64,000 nt of DNA from an uncultured Gammaproteobacteria bacterium (lineage in GTDB: Bacteria > Pseudomonadota > Gammaproteobacteria > JAURND01): positions 928,001 through 992,000 of the forward strand of contig CAVQQD010000002.1 of NCBI GenBank assembly GCA_963714975.1. Reading direction: 5' to 3'. Below, one piece after another: positions 28,085 through 39,500 of this stretch (position 1 is the stretch's first letter; every line of letters starts with the position of its first letter). The position numbers were made by a program, and so were the translations under genes. The notes below the pieces were generated by a model. It was not told where the DNA came from and did not search any database. It saw only the letters and a list, made by a program, of their open reading frames with translations.

Positions 28085-29194
28085 TTAATTATAATCAAAG
28101 ATAGGGGTTTTTAGCAAACTATTTGTAGTAGAAAATCGCTCTAAAGCTAAACTAATTAGACGATCAGTCAACGCAGAGTTCGGTAAACCGCTGAGCTGCC
28201 ATAACTTCGGATACATGCTGATATCAGTAAATCCCGGGAGGGTATTGGCCTCATTTACGTATAAACGTTCATCCTTAGTCAGAAAGAAGTCAATGCGGGC
28301 CATTCCTTCACAAGCTAAAGCACGAAAAGCCCTTTTGGCAGTGTTTTGGATCTCCTGAATCAGATGCTGCGGAAGTTCTGCCGGCAGCTTTAATGAAGCG
28401 CCTTGAGGGTCCAAATATTTGGCGGCATAGGTATAAAATTCATGATGGGAAATAATTTCGCCCGGTAAAGAAGCTTCACTCGCAGTAGAGTTACCCAATA
28501 CCGCACACTCAATCTCCCGTCCAACGATACATTCCTCTACAATAATCTTAGTATCATATTGCGTTGCTGTGGCAATGGCCTGGAAAAAATCAGCCTCAGT
28601 TTTAACTTTAGACACCCCGACCGAAGAACCGGTATTAGCCGGCTTAACAAATAAAGGGAGACCTAGCTCTTTCAGCACTGTCGCAAAATCTAATTCTGAG
28701 TCACCAATTCCTGAAACTAGCCATTTTGCCACGCGAATTCCCGCGGCATGCAGTAATTGCTTGGTAATTTCCTTATCCATGGCAATCGCAGAACCTAAGG
28801 TCCCTGCTCCCACATAGGGGATATTTAATAATTCTAACAACCCCTGCAAAGTCCCATCTTCTCCATGCTGTCCATGTAATATTGGAAATAGGACGTCGAC
28901 AGGGATTACATGTTTGGGATCTGTATAAAGTACAAAGGGATTTGAACTGCCTAAATTAACCGCTAAGCGTTGCCCAGGAATTTCCGCTGGTAACGGAGAC
29001 ATTAAGGGATTACTTAAAATAACTTCTACTGAATCCAATAAATACCAGGCGCCTTGTTTACTCACAAAAAATGGTAGGACGTTATAGCGCTGGGGGTTAA
29101 GGGAGTGTATGACGTTTTTGGCAGACTGAATAGAAACTTCATGTTCGGTAGACTGCCCACCGCATAATACCACTACATTTGATTTTTGAGTCAT
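28085..29194 (-). CDS. ddl: D-alanine--D-alanine ligase (long DdlA type)
   Basis: GGQSTEHEVS, LHGQHGEDG, VKPANTGSSVGV and NEANTLPGFT. Confidence 0.96.
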   Translation of the reverse strand: MTQKSNVVVLCGGQSTEHEVSIQSAKNVIHSLNPQRYNVLPFFVSKQGAWYLLDSVEVILSNPLMSPLPAEIPGQRLAVNLGSSNPFVLYTDPKHVIPVDVLFPILHGQHGEDGTLQGLLELLNIPYVGAGTLGSAIAMDKEITKQLLHAAGIRVAKWLVSGIGDSELDFATVLKELGLPLFVKPANTGSSVGVSKVKTEADFFQAIATATQYDTKIIVEECIVGREIECAVLGNSTASEASLPGEIISHHEFYTYAAKYLDPQGASLKLPAELPQHLIQEIQNTAKRAFRALACEGMARIDFFLTKDERLYVNEANTLPGFTDISMYPKLWQLSGLPNSALTDRLISLALERFSTTNSLLKTPIFDYN

Positions 29195-30066
29195 AGCTTC
29201 TCTCCGACTATATGACACTCTGGGGTCAAAACCATTCCAGTTTGTTGCTGTACCGTAGTTTGCACCAGGTTAATTAAGCTCTCAATATCAGCCGCTAACG
29301 CTTCTCCGCCATTGATAATAAAATTAGCGTGTTTAGTAGAAACCCAGGCACCGCCAATTTTCGTACCTTTTAAGCCACAGGCTTCGATTAAACGACCGGC
29401 ATGATCCCCCTGGGGATTACGAAACACTGAACCACAACTAAATTCTCCAATGGGTTGGGTGGCATTGCGCTTTTGTAACAAAGACTTGATGATTTCTTGA
29501 CCTGCAGCCTCATCTACACTAGGAAAGCCAAAATATCCCGCCACAAACCATTCATCCACGGGTCGTTTGACTTCGCGATAAGCTACCTGAAATTCTTCAG
29601 GAACTCTTTTTCGAACGATACCTTGGTGATCAATGGTTTCAACAGCTTTCACATAGGACCAAGTCTCTCCGTCAAAAGCTCCCGCATTCATTGCTAAAGC
29701 GCCCCCTACAGTCCCTGGAATGCCGGCAAAAAATGCACCGGCAGAAAACCGTTCGCGTACGCAAAATTTTGCTAATTTAGCACAGGTGACCCCTGCTTCC
29801 GCCCGAATCAAACCCTCTTCTGACCGAGTTATTTCTTTAAGACATCCCTGAGTATAAATGACCGTGCCAGGAATGCCTCCGTCCCGCACTAAGAGATTGC
29901 TCCCTAACCCAAGCCAAACTAAGGGCTCAGTAGTAGGCAATGTCGATAAAAACAAACCCAGGTCAACAAGACCTGCTGGTTTATAAAATTGCCGTGCCGG
30001 ACCACCTACGTGCCATGAAGTATAGCTCGCTAAAGGCTCCTCTACCGACAGCTGCCCAGTACTCAT
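29191..30066 (-). CDS. murB: UDP-N-acetylenolpyruvoylglucosamine reductase
   Basis: GLGSNLL, GIPGTVGGALAMNAGA, SCGSVFRNP and KHANFIIN. Confidence 0.96.
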   Translation of the reverse strand: MSTGQLSVEEPLASYTSWHVGGPARQFYKPAGLVDLGLFLSTLPTTEPLVWLGLGSNLLVRDGGIPGTVIYTQGCLKEITRSEEGLIRAEAGVTCAKLAKFCVRERFSAGAFFAGIPGTVGGALAMNAGAFDGETWSYVKAVETIDHQGIVRKRVPEEFQVAYREVKRPVDEWFVAGYFGFPSVDEAAGQEIIKSLLQKRNATQPIGEFSCGSVFRNPQGDHAGRLIEACGLKGTKIGGAWVSTKHANFIINGGEALAADIESLINLVQTTVQQQTGMVLTPECHIVGEKL

Positions 30067-31487
30067 GATAAAGCAAATCCATTTTCTGCTAGCTGAGGCG
30101 CTACAGAGCCAATATTACCCGCTCCCTGAGTTAATAAAATGTCTCCTGGTTTGAGGACCTCGCGGAGTATGCCCAATAACGCATCGGTGGAAGGGGCAAA
30201 GACGGGAGTAAAATGACTGCGGTCACGTATAGCATTAAATAAAGCCAAGCCATCAGCACCCGGAATTGGGGTTTCGCCTGCGGGATAGATATCCAATAAA
30301 ATTAATTGATCAATCTGCTCGGATAACACCCGAGTAAACTCAGAAAATAAATCACGCGTGCGGGTGTAACGATGCGGCTGATAAGCAACCACCAGACGGC
30401 GACCTGGCCAAGCTTGGCGAATCGCAGCCCAGGTAGTCGTAATTTCTCGTGGATGATGCCCATAATCATCCAGCAACAAGACTTTTCCCTGATCCAATAA
30501 AAATTCGCCATAACTTTGTAGCCGCCTGCCTACCCCTGAAAACTGCACAAAAGCTCGTTGAATCACTTCATCGGCTATGCCCAGCTGACTAGCAATAACA
30601 TAAGCGGCTGCCGCATTCAAAGCATTGTGCATTCCCGGTAAATTAAGCACAATTTCAACCGAATGACCATCACTCAAGCGATTGAGGACAAACTGACTCT
30701 GAAAACCCGAAGGTTGAAAGTCCTTAATGCAAACATCCGCCTTTGGATCAAATCCATAGCTGAGCGTAGGCCGTTGGATTTTAGGCATAATTTGTTGAAT
30801 CACTGGATCATCCAAGCACACCACTGCCAGACCATTAAAAGGTAATTTATGCAAAAACAGAATAAACGTGTCACGCAGACGGTTAAAATCGCCTTGGTAG
30901 GTCTCTAAATGATCAGCATCGATGTTAGTGACGACTGCCATTTGTGGATATAAAAACAAAAAGGAGGCGTCGCTCTCATCTGCCTCGGCCACAAAAAAAG
31001 GGCTCTGTCCCAAACGGGCGTTCGCGCCAGCACTTTTTAGCAGGCCGCCAATCACGAAGGTAGGATCAAAACCTGCTTCTGTTAATAGGCTGGAGATGAA
31101 ACTAGTCGTTGTGGTTTTACCGTGGGTGCCAGCAATCGCAATGCCATATTTAACCCGCATAAGATCGGCTAGCATTTGTGCGCGGGGAATTAAGGGAATA
31201 TACAACTCTTTGGCTGCAATCACTTCTGGATTGTCAGACGCAATCGCTGTTGAGACCACCACCACATTAGCACCAACCACATTATCAGCATGATGCCCTG
31301 CGAAAACAGTGATACCTTGGGCCTTGAGCCTTTTCACCATAGCGTTTTGACTGAGGTCCGATCCGGTAACTTCATAGCCTTGGTGATGCAAAACCTCAGC
31401 GATACCCCCCATTCCTGCCCCACCAATTCCGACGAAATGTACTCGTTTAACATGTCCTAACTGCGGTATTTTCATTAGTTTCTCCAA
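30063..31487 (-). CDS. murC: UDP-N-acetylmuramate--L-alanine ligase
   Basis: GIGGAGM, GTHGKTTT, EADESD, DDYGHHP and QPHRYTR. Confidence 0.97.
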   Translation of the reverse strand: MEKLMKIPQLGHVKRVHFVGIGGAGMGGIAEVLHHQGYEVTGSDLSQNAMVKRLKAQGITVFAGHHADNVVGANVVVVSTAIASDNPEVIAAKELYIPLIPRAQMLADLMRVKYGIAIAGTHGKTTTTSFISSLLTEAGFDPTFVIGGLLKSAGANARLGQSPFFVAEADESDASFLFLYPQMAVVTNIDADHLETYQGDFNRLRDTFILFLHKLPFNGLAVVCLDDPVIQQIMPKIQRPTLSYGFDPKADVCIKDFQPSGFQSQFVLNRLSDGHSVEIVLNLPGMHNALNAAAAYVIASQLGIADEVIQRAFVQFSGVGRRLQSYGEFLLDQGKVLLLDDYGHHPREITTTWAAIRQAWPGRRLVVAYQPHRYTRTRDLFSEFTRVLSEQIDQLILLDIYPAGETPIPGADGLALFNAIRDRSHFTPVFAPSTDALLGILREVLKPGDILLTQGAGNIGSVAPQLAENGFALS

Positions 31488-31676
31488 AAAAAAGCATTCT
31501 ACCGAAAGGAAAATGGATTAGCTATAGCAATGAAGTGACCCCAACGCCTAGAACATAACCGTAAAAATTTTTAGCAGCATTATATAAATCTTTTGCTGCA
31601 CTTGTTAATTTTTCCTTAAGCCAGTAGACTGTCCACCGTGGTTATGCAGTGTCGCAAGCGCGGCAAGCCAATTCAC

Positions 31677-31795
31677 TGTTATTCTGAGCGAACCGAAGGA
31701 TCTCCTTTGTAAGTGGCGCCATAGCAGGGATGTTTTCGATACCTGAACTTCAGGTACATTGCCCAGGGGAGGTCTTTCGCTGCGCTTAGAATGAC
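31677..31795. repeat. Palindromic REP-like element, GTCAT...ATGAC family (degenerate)
   Basis: TGTTATTCTGAGCGAACCGAAGGATCTCC ... GGAGGTCTTTCGCTGCGCTTAGAATGAC; similar to 55363-55575 and 57229-57296. Confidence 0.65.
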
Positions 31796-31852
31796 TATTT
31801 ATTAAGGAACTACTGAGAGGGAAAATTTCAGGGTTGGTTCGCCGTGCGCGTA

Positions 31853-31894
31853 TGTAATCAATAGGTCCCCAGTTCAAGTTCGAGTGCCGCACCA
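31853..31894 (+). pseudogene. Degenerate 3' half of tRNA-Thr(UGU), att-site scar
   Basis: TGTAATCAATAGGTCCCCAGTTCAAGTTCGAGTGCCGCACCA; no 5' half or D-arm present. Confidence 0.6.
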
Positions 31895-32056
31895 TCATAA
31901 TTAAGTGATTAAAAGTGTTATAAAGTTGACACCCAGCCTATATAAGATGTATTGTTTTATAAAAACTTGATATTTTTGCCTTATTTAATGGGTGACTGTA
32001 ACAATGAACTCAAATAGTGAACTCAAAAAGAATGTACTTTTTTAGGTACGCGAGTA

Positions 32057-32763
32057 ATGCTGTACATACCCTTAGTCCAAGCAATAGCAGGTTCTGCTGC
32101 TCTAGGTAGCGCGTTAACTAAGGCATTTGGGTATGAATATAATAATGATGCTGCTTATTTAGCGAGTGGAGCGGGATGCACACTTGTGCTTGCAGCTATG
32201 ATGACTCTGATTGTCATAATGTATTATCGAAATCGTCAGCCGGCCTCTGAGCAGACGCAACGTCATCACCAAGAAGCAGATTTCCCCGAAAAATTTAAGG
32301 ACTTTCCGCGGGAATTGAAATCGCTGAGAGATACTCCTCGACAAACCCTTGAAGAGTATTATAGTTATTCAGCATTCCCCGCCATTGGCAACAAAAAGAG
32401 ATGGCCTTGGGCCTGCTATTGTTACCTATGGCATCCGCTTTAATCGGGGCAGCAATCACGAATCAAGTGGGCCTCACTGCGTTGTCATTAAAAGATGCAG
32501 CGATAGCCGGCGCCGCTGGGATTCCAATCTTGTTTTTACTTGTCGGATTCTTTACCTTATTGCATCATCTAGATAAATGGTATAAATGCCCAGATCCCTC
32601 TAAAACAGCAACAGACGGAGAAACTGCTTACTTCGCTTCAGAAAATGCCGCACGCTCGGCCACAAACACTCATTTGGAAAATATAGTACCACACGCGGGC
32701 GCAAATCCCTCACCGGATTCTTATACATGCTCTTCTTTGTTTTCTTGCTTTGGTCAGCATTAA
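32057..32763 (+). CDS. Hypothetical multi-pass membrane protein split by a frameshift at the A-run 32393-32397
   Basis: ORFs 32057-32443 and 32401-32763 join into one hydrophobic protein if one A is added. Confidence 0.5.
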
Positions 32764-33334
32764 AAGCACACCGTCTCTGAAGAGTGCCAAAATAAATGTC
32801 ATCCAAAGGACTGTTGATTGCGCTTACTAAATTAATCCGCCCTTAAGAAATATTTGCATTTCGGCCAAAGTCAATGAATAATGACGAAACCTCGGGGGCT
32901 TGCGCCGCCGAGGCCGCGCCGAAAGAATGACCCAATCATTCTTGAGGCACTTTCACAACAACTACCTACATGAGAGGTTAGCCGCAGTGACAGCTTTAGC
33001 TTATCGCAATGTGCGTTCGCACAAAACTCTTTTCTTGAGGTTCACTTCATTTTTCACCTGGCGTTGGACTAGGCAATCGTGGTATGCCTGGATCAATCAG
33101 CTTTTACCCCATGAGAACTCCTCGATTGTCCGCGGCGTGTTGTGGACTTGGGGTACGAGTGTCCAGGTTTTTGGGGGGTGTTCATCCAGTCAACGAGGGG
33201 TAAGCGAGTAGCAGAGGAGTATAGGTATGGCGAAGTAACGCTGTATTTTCCTCGCTTCGCCATCACCTACCCAAATCCTCTGTTGCCGCTTACCTGATTC
33301 GATGCGTTCTTCGCATCCACCCAGGAACACGCCG

Positions 33335-33544
33335 ATGACCCCGAATAAAATTAAACCCGTTTTCAAATACGACACAACTCACGCGCCCATTTCGTTTGAT
33401 CAGGCGCATTGTTTACTGACAATAAGTATTGGTCAAGAAGTGCACGAAGACGAATCCTTTGCGGCGACCACAGCTTTGGCACGCCAACAGTTTGCACGCT
33501 GCACTTTGTTCATTCCCTTTCAACAACAGGACACTTATCCATGA
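33335..33544 (+). pseudogene. Truncated tRNA-dependent cyclodipeptide synthase (XYP-type) N-terminal fragment
   Basis: LLTISIGQEVHEDESFAATTALARQQFARCTLFI resembles the ISVGQxxHE...F.AT....N..F..C motif; ends before DSLQRH. Confidence 0.55.
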
Positions 33545-33936
33545 AAAATGTATTACTCATTGAACCTGATCCAAAAATTGCCTACACCACTCGCCGATTT
33601 TTTGAAAGCTTGCATTGCTGCGTCAACGTGGTCAGTAGCGGACTTGCCGCTTTAGAAAAGCTACCCCAGACCTATCGGTTAATTGTGATGAATCTAGAGC
33701 TACTGGATTTAAATGGTCTTGAAATCACCCGCTATCTGCGCCAAGGCAAAGGACCCAATAGTAAGACGCCCATAGTTATTGTCACTACACACGAAGATAT
33801 GCAGCAAAAAATTCAAGCCTATGAACTAGGGGTCAAAGCATTTTTACTCAAACCCCTGACCAAAGAATTATGTCGGCAACTGATTGATGATTTAGTATTG
33901 TCAGCCGCAGCCCCTCATTATTTTCTTGAGAATTAA
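33541..33936 (+). CDS. Single-domain response regulator receiver (atypical)
   Basis: VLLIEPD, LIVMNLELLDLNGLE, PIVIVT and FLLKPL; ATG at 33541. Confidence 0.8.
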   Translation: MKNVLLIEPDPKIAYTTRRFFESLHCCVNVVSSGLAALEKLPQTYRLIVMNLELLDLNGLEITRYLRQGKGPNSKTPIVIVTTHEDMQQKIQAYELGVKAFLLKPLTKELCRQLIDDLVLSAAAPHYFLEN

Positions 33937-33993
33937 AAATTAGACGACGGTTAATCAGTTGCTTTAAATAAGATGTGTGCATCGGATAGCTAC

Positions 33994-34959
33994 CTAAATC
34001 CCCCCTCTACCCCCCTTTTTCAAAGGGGGGGGTTGGGTCTGTAAATAAGCTTTGGCTTCTTCAGCATCTTTTAAAATTTGCTGACGCAATAAGTCAAAAT
34101 TCGGGTAGCGAATTTCATCTCGCAATTTATGAATAAATTCCACGTAAATATGTTGCCCATAAATATCACGATTGAAATTAAATAAATGGACTTCCAGCAA
34201 ACTGCGGGTACCATCGATGGTGGGCCGATTACCAACATTGGCAACGCCTTCAATAGGAATTTCACCTAAGCCATGGACTAGGACCACATAAACCCCCTGG
34301 ACTGGCACTGCCTTGCGATGCAAAAATAAATTAGCCGTAGGAAAGCCAATAATCCGACCGCGCTTATCACCATGCGCTACTTTACCTGAAATACCATAAC
34401 GCCTACCCATGAATTGCTGCGCTTTGGTTAAATCCCCAGCCTCAAGCGCCATCCGGACTTGTGAACTGCTCACCCGCCGCCCTTCCATGATAAAAGTAGG
34501 CATACTTTGAGCTTGGAAATGATATTCTGGGCCGCGTTGTTTTAATAGCTCAATATTTCCTTCTCGCTTAGCACCAAAACGAAAATCATCTCCAACTAAA
34601 ACAAAGGAAGCCTGCAGGTGCTCGACTAAAATAGTTTTAATAAAATCCTCTGCAGAAAGCTGTGCTAAAGCAGCATTAAAGCGTAAGCCTAAGACATAAT
34701 TCACCCCTAAATCTTGCAAAGCAATTAATTTTTCTCGCAATCGCATCAATCGCGCTGGCGTTTTGCCTGGAGCAAAAAATTCATTTGGTTGGGGCTCAAA
34801 AGTAATGACTAAGGAAGGCTGTTTTAATTCCAGCGACTTTTCAATTAACCTCTGGACTAATTGCTGATGACCTAAGTGTACGCCGTCAAAATTACCAATG
34901 GTCACTACACAACCTGAAAATCCAGGTGGCAAATTAAAAATTTCACGAATGAGTTTCAT
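33994..34959 (-). CDS. ribF: Bifunctional riboflavin kinase/FAD synthetase
   Basis: GNFDGVHLGHQ, VGDDFRFG, GFPTAN and LEVHLF. Confidence 0.97.
   Translation of the reverse strand: MKLIREIFNLPPGFSGCVVTIGNFDGVHLGHQQLVQRLIEKSLELKQPSLVITFEPQPNEFFAPGKTPARLMRLREKLIALQDLGVNYVLGLRFNAALAQLSAEDFIKTILVEHLQASFVLVGDDFRFGAKREGNIELLKQRGPEYHFQAQSMPTFIMEGRRVSSSQVRMALEAGDLTKAQQFMGRRYGISGKVAHGDKRGRIIGFPTANLFLHRKAVPVQGVYVVLVHGLGEIPIEGVANVGNRPTIDGTRSLLEVHLFNFNRDIYGQHIYVEFIHKLRDEIRYPNFDLLRQQILKDAEEAKAYLQTQPPPLKKGGRGGI
33996..34032. repeat. CCCCCCTTT..AAAGGGGGG palindromic repeat; second copy at 56007-56040
   Basis: AAATCCCCCTCTACCCCCCTTTTTCAAAGGGGGGG; inverted relative to 56007-56040. Confidence 0.7.
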
Positions 34960-35030
34960 TATTTCCCTCTCTCCTCTAATAACTCCTCGACCTTATTCCT
35001 TCTCCCACAAGGGGAGAAGGGATTTTTCAT

Positions 35031-36563
35031 TTATCTCCTAAAATCCCTTAAGCGCAGACCGGTTAACCACAGGCATCCCACATAACTTAATATAGCTATT
35101 CCAATCAAGCCAAAAAGATGCGAAACGCGTTGCTGCCAACCCCAATCTAACCAAGTAGTTACAGAGGGATTGATCCACCATAACAATGCAGCCATCACCG
35201 CACTGGCAAAAAATAATCTACCTAAATAAGCAATCCAACCTTTTTGAATGATGAAACCTTTTCGTGCCCATAATCCATAAAACAACAGGCCAGCATTGAG
35301 GCTGGAGGAAAGCGCAGTTGCTAAAGCTAAGCCTGCATGTCGTAACGACCAAATCAAAGCAAAATTAAGTGCCATATTGGCAAGTAATGAAATAACAGCA
35401 ATGCGCACTGGAGTTTTTATATCTTGTTGCGAATAAAAGCCAGAAGCAAGCACTTTGACTAACATAAAGCCAGGCAAACCAAAAGCATAAGCTTGCAAAC
35501 TCCAAGCTGACATCCACGCATCGTGCGGTTGAAAATTCCCATACTGAAATAACGCAATAAATAATGCTTGAGCCAAGAGATATAAACCAATCCCTGCTGG
35601 GATCGCAATCACTAAAACACAGCGTAATGCCCAATCTAGGCCGATAGAAAATTCCTCAATCGAGCCTTTTGCATATTGCTGTGATAAGTAAGGCAATACT
35701 ACGGTAGCTAGTGCCACCCCAAAAATTCCTAAAGGAAAATACGTGAGTCGATCTGAATAATACAACCAAGTAATGCTCCCTGGGGGCAAAAAAGAAGCAA
35801 ATAAAGTATCAATCAATAAACTTATCTGGGCTACAGACACCCCAAATAATGCTGGCACAAGCAATTTAAGTACGCGCCGTACTCCTGCATCTTTCCAAAC
35901 TAGCCGCGGCCAAACCAATAATTTATGCAAATAGAGTATAGGAAATTGAAACAAAAATTGCACCATGCCGGCAATGAGCACTCCCCAAGCTAGGGCTAAT
36001 ACCGGAGGGGTAAAATAAGCAGCCCCCCAAACGGCAGCAATAATCATCACTAAATTCAACCATGCCGGAGTAAAAGAAGGAACTCCAAAGAAGCCATAGC
36101 TATTTAAGACCGAGCCATAAAAAGCAGTCAGAGAAATTAACATCAAGTATGGGAAAGTTATCCGCAACATTTGGGTCGTTAACTCAAACCGTACTGGATC
36201 TTTGGCATAGCCAGGAGCAAATAAAGTTGTGAGCCAGGGCGTGCCAATGACCGCAAGGATGGTTACGGCCAGCAGAGCGATACCTAAAACCGCCTGCATT
36301 CGACTAATAAATTGCCGTACTTCAGCAAAGGAACGTTGTTGCCGATATTCGGAAAGCACGGGCACAAAAGCTTGGGCAAAAGCGCCTTCAGCAAACAAGC
36401 CGCGCATAAAATTCGGAATGCGAAAAGCCACATAGAAGGCATCAATGGCCGGCATGGCGCCAAATAAATGCGCGATTAATACATCTCGAATAAAACCCAG
36501 GATTCGAGAAATAGACGTCATGCCAGAAACTAAGGTAGTCGATCGAAATAAGGATTTGCTCAC
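35031..36563 (-). CDS. murJ: Lipid II flippase MurJ
   Basis: SRILGFIRD, FRIPNFMRGLFAEGAFAQAFVP and LYYSDRL; GTG start overlaps the upstream stop. Confidence 0.96.
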   Translation of the reverse strand: MSKSLFRSTTLVSGMTSISRILGFIRDVLIAHLFGAMPAIDAFYVAFRIPNFMRGLFAEGAFAQAFVPVLSEYRQQRSFAEVRQFISRMQAVLGIALLAVTILAVIGTPWLTTLFAPGYAKDPVRFELTTQMLRITFPYLMLISLTAFYGSVLNSYGFFGVPSFTPAWLNLVMIIAAVWGAAYFTPPVLALAWGVLIAGMVQFLFQFPILYLHKLLVWPRLVWKDAGVRRVLKLLVPALFGVSVAQISLLIDTLFASFLPPGSITWLYYSDRLTYFPLGIFGVALATVVLPYLSQQYAKGSIEEFSIGLDWALRCVLVIAIPAGIGLYLLAQALFIALFQYGNFQPHDAWMSAWSLQAYAFGLPGFMLVKVLASGFYSQQDIKTPVRIAVISLLANMALNFALIWSLRHAGLALATALSSSLNAGLLFYGLWARKGFIIQKGWIAYLGRLFFASAVMAALLWWINPSVTTWLDWGWQQRVSHLFGLIGIAILSYVGCLWLTGLRLRDFRR

Positions 36564-39500
36564 ACCCGCTCCACACCATAATGGGAGAATAAATAGTCCA
36601 ACCACAAGTCAGTTAAAATTTCTTGCATCCGGTTTTGTACGAGACGCTCATCTAAACTTTCTAAGTCTACCAATTCAAAAGGTTGGTCATGCCAAGAACA
36701 AGAAAATACCGCTTTGGTTCTTTTACCAGTATCAGGATCGACCTGCCATACAAGGCATTGGGCGCAAACCCCCTTGAGCATACATTGCATAGGCCCATAT
36801 ACCGAAGCAACAAATTTAGGGTTATTGAGAAAATAGGGTTTAAGCACACTATTTTTGGCGGTATAAAATGCCTTTAAAAAAGCATATTTACCAATTAGCA
36901 ACACTCGAGTGACTGCTTGCAAGGGAATTTCTGGGCTGCCTTCTAAGCCCCCCATGGCATAGCGCGCGAGCGTCGCAATTAAATCACCGGTGACAGCAAT
37001 ATCTTGGGGACGATTGCTAACAATAGGCTCGCCATGTTTGGTGACCCATATAATTTTATCGGCCGATTTTTCTAATTGCTCCATGCAAAATACTTCATCC
37101 GCCGTTTTAAATCCTGCCACATATAAGACACGATTGCCTGCAGCACGCATGGCAGCTCCTACCGACAAGAGATGAACAGCACTTAATCTCCCTCCAATCA
37201 CTAATACCGTTTCATTATCATGCGGGATTTTGGTTCGAACTCCGGTGGGGCCCATGACGGCGATAGGGTCGCCTGGGTGCAAAGTAGCAAATAGACGCGT
37301 ACTAGCCCCCTGCTCTAAAATCATAAAGGAAAGCGTGCCGGCTTGCTGATCTGCGTGACTGGCTAAAGCCGCAGTCCCCTCGGTTTGTAATGAAGTCTCG
37401 CCTACCACTGCGGCCTGGGTTTCAAAATTTTGCAGACGGTAAAATTGTCCGGGGGCAAAATTTCGTGCGGCCATGGGGGCATGAATTTTGAGTTCAATCA
37501 TACTCGGGGTATGGCGAATAATTTGCATGATCCGTGCATTAAACAATTGATTAATTTCGTTGGCAAAATTTTGATACTCCCGTAGATCCCCTATTCCTTG
37601 CGCTTTTTCACCCAGCGCTTGCAATATTTTTGGATAAGTACGTTTGCCTGAAGCAATGGCTTTTACTACACTGCCATGAAAAATGGGATGCGTGTCTCCC
37701 AAAAACGTGACTCGATAGCCCTGTTGTTGATAACTGGTAAAAGCGCCAAAATCTTCGATTTTACAATGTCCGTGCGGATGAACGACATGCAGCTCTCCAT
37801 TTAAATCATAGGCTTGGTATTCTGAGCCCTCCCGATGAAAAGTACCGCGATGTTCAAATTCATAGGCAATATTAGGTTTGGCTCCAGTCGCTACAAAAAT
37901 AGACTTGGCTGGTAACACATGTTCTTCATCACTTGCGACCCATTGTCGATTTTCATCGTAAAATTGCGATTCACTAATTAAAGCAGCCACATGCCCGTAC
38001 TCATCCAAACGGACTGCTTTTGGATTTAAACCTTCTGCATAATAAATGCCTTCTTCCAAAGCTTTAATGACTTCTTCATGATTTCTTAAGTAGGCTGGGG
38101 ATTCTCTTAACAAACGACGGTAGGCCACGGTGACGCCTCCCCAAGCTCGCAGCAGTGGAATAAAATTCACTGAGCGCTGTTGCTGCGCGGCCAGCTGGCG
38201 TTCTTCACGCACCAGGCGTCCATGGGTTAAAAACTCATTTAAGATCGCAAAACTGTGTTCATCAAATTGCTCACGCAGCCGTGCTTCTCCTAGCACCTCA
38301 GTCAGTCGTTCATAGCGATGCAAGACTTTTTCTACCTGCGCAATATAATAAGCCTGCACTTCAGTTGCCGTATCAATACCCGTCAGCCCACCGCCAATAA
38401 TTACTGCAGGTAAGCGAACTTGCAGCGTCGCTAAACTGCTTTCCTTGGCTGTGCCGGTCAGCTGTAATGCCATTAAAAAATCGTTCGCTTGCCGCATTCC
38501 GGGAGCCATGCTTCCAGGGATGGGTAAAGCTTTGGGTAACCCAGCACCCACGGCGACTGCCATATGATCAAAGCCTAAATCCCAAGCATCTTCGACTCGG
38601 ATCGTGCCACCAAAGCGGACATTGCCAAACACTTGAAAATGCGGACGACGGCAGAGGCTAATGTAAATGAGCTTCAGAAAATTTTTATCCCAGCGCACGG
38701 TAATGCCATACTCAGCCACACCACCAAATCCAGCCATAATTCTTTTATCTAAGGCCTCTTTAATGTCCTCATAACGATAAATAGGTTCTTGTAGATACAC
38801 AGCGGGCAAGGGCTCTATTTTTAGGCCATCGGCACCCACCACAGCACATCCCTCCATAAGCAAGTGATGCGCTAAAGAAAAGCCCGCTGGACCCATCCCC
38901 ATGACCAAAACTTTCAAGCCATTATAGGGTTTAGCCACCCACTGCGTTTGCCGAAGCGGATTCCAGCGAGTCAATAAATCATAGATTTCAACCCCCCAAG
39001 GTAAAGCGAGGACATCCGTCAAAATTCCGGTTTCGGTTTGCGGGATATTCACCGGATCTTGCTTTTGATAAATGCAGGCCTTCATGCAGTCGTTACAAAT
39101 TCGATGCCCTGTGGCTGGACACATGGGGTTATCGACCATAATCATGGCTAAAGCAGCAATCGGATAACCTTCTTTCTTTAGCACATGCATCTCGGAAATT
39201 TTTTCTTCCAAGGGGCAGCCTGTTTGTACTTCACCCAAGGGATTGGTTCTTAAGCCCTTCTCGGGTTCGCCTTTTTTTACCGGAAATCCTTTGGAACAAA
39301 AATCGCCATCTTTTTCATGACAGTACACACAGTAATGAATTTCATTGAGCACTTGGCGTTGAGTCATCCGTGGATCAGTCAGCATAAACCCATCACGGTG
39401 ACTAAAATTTTGCGGAGGTCCTTGCAGGCGACCCACTTCATCATTAGGCACCGGCTGCAAAGGAACCAATTGATAATAATCTAATTTATGTGGCAGCTGA

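Noticed and set aside
32900-33375. ORFs 32900-33211 and 33190-33375
   Set aside because: No recognisable motifs; cannot support a call
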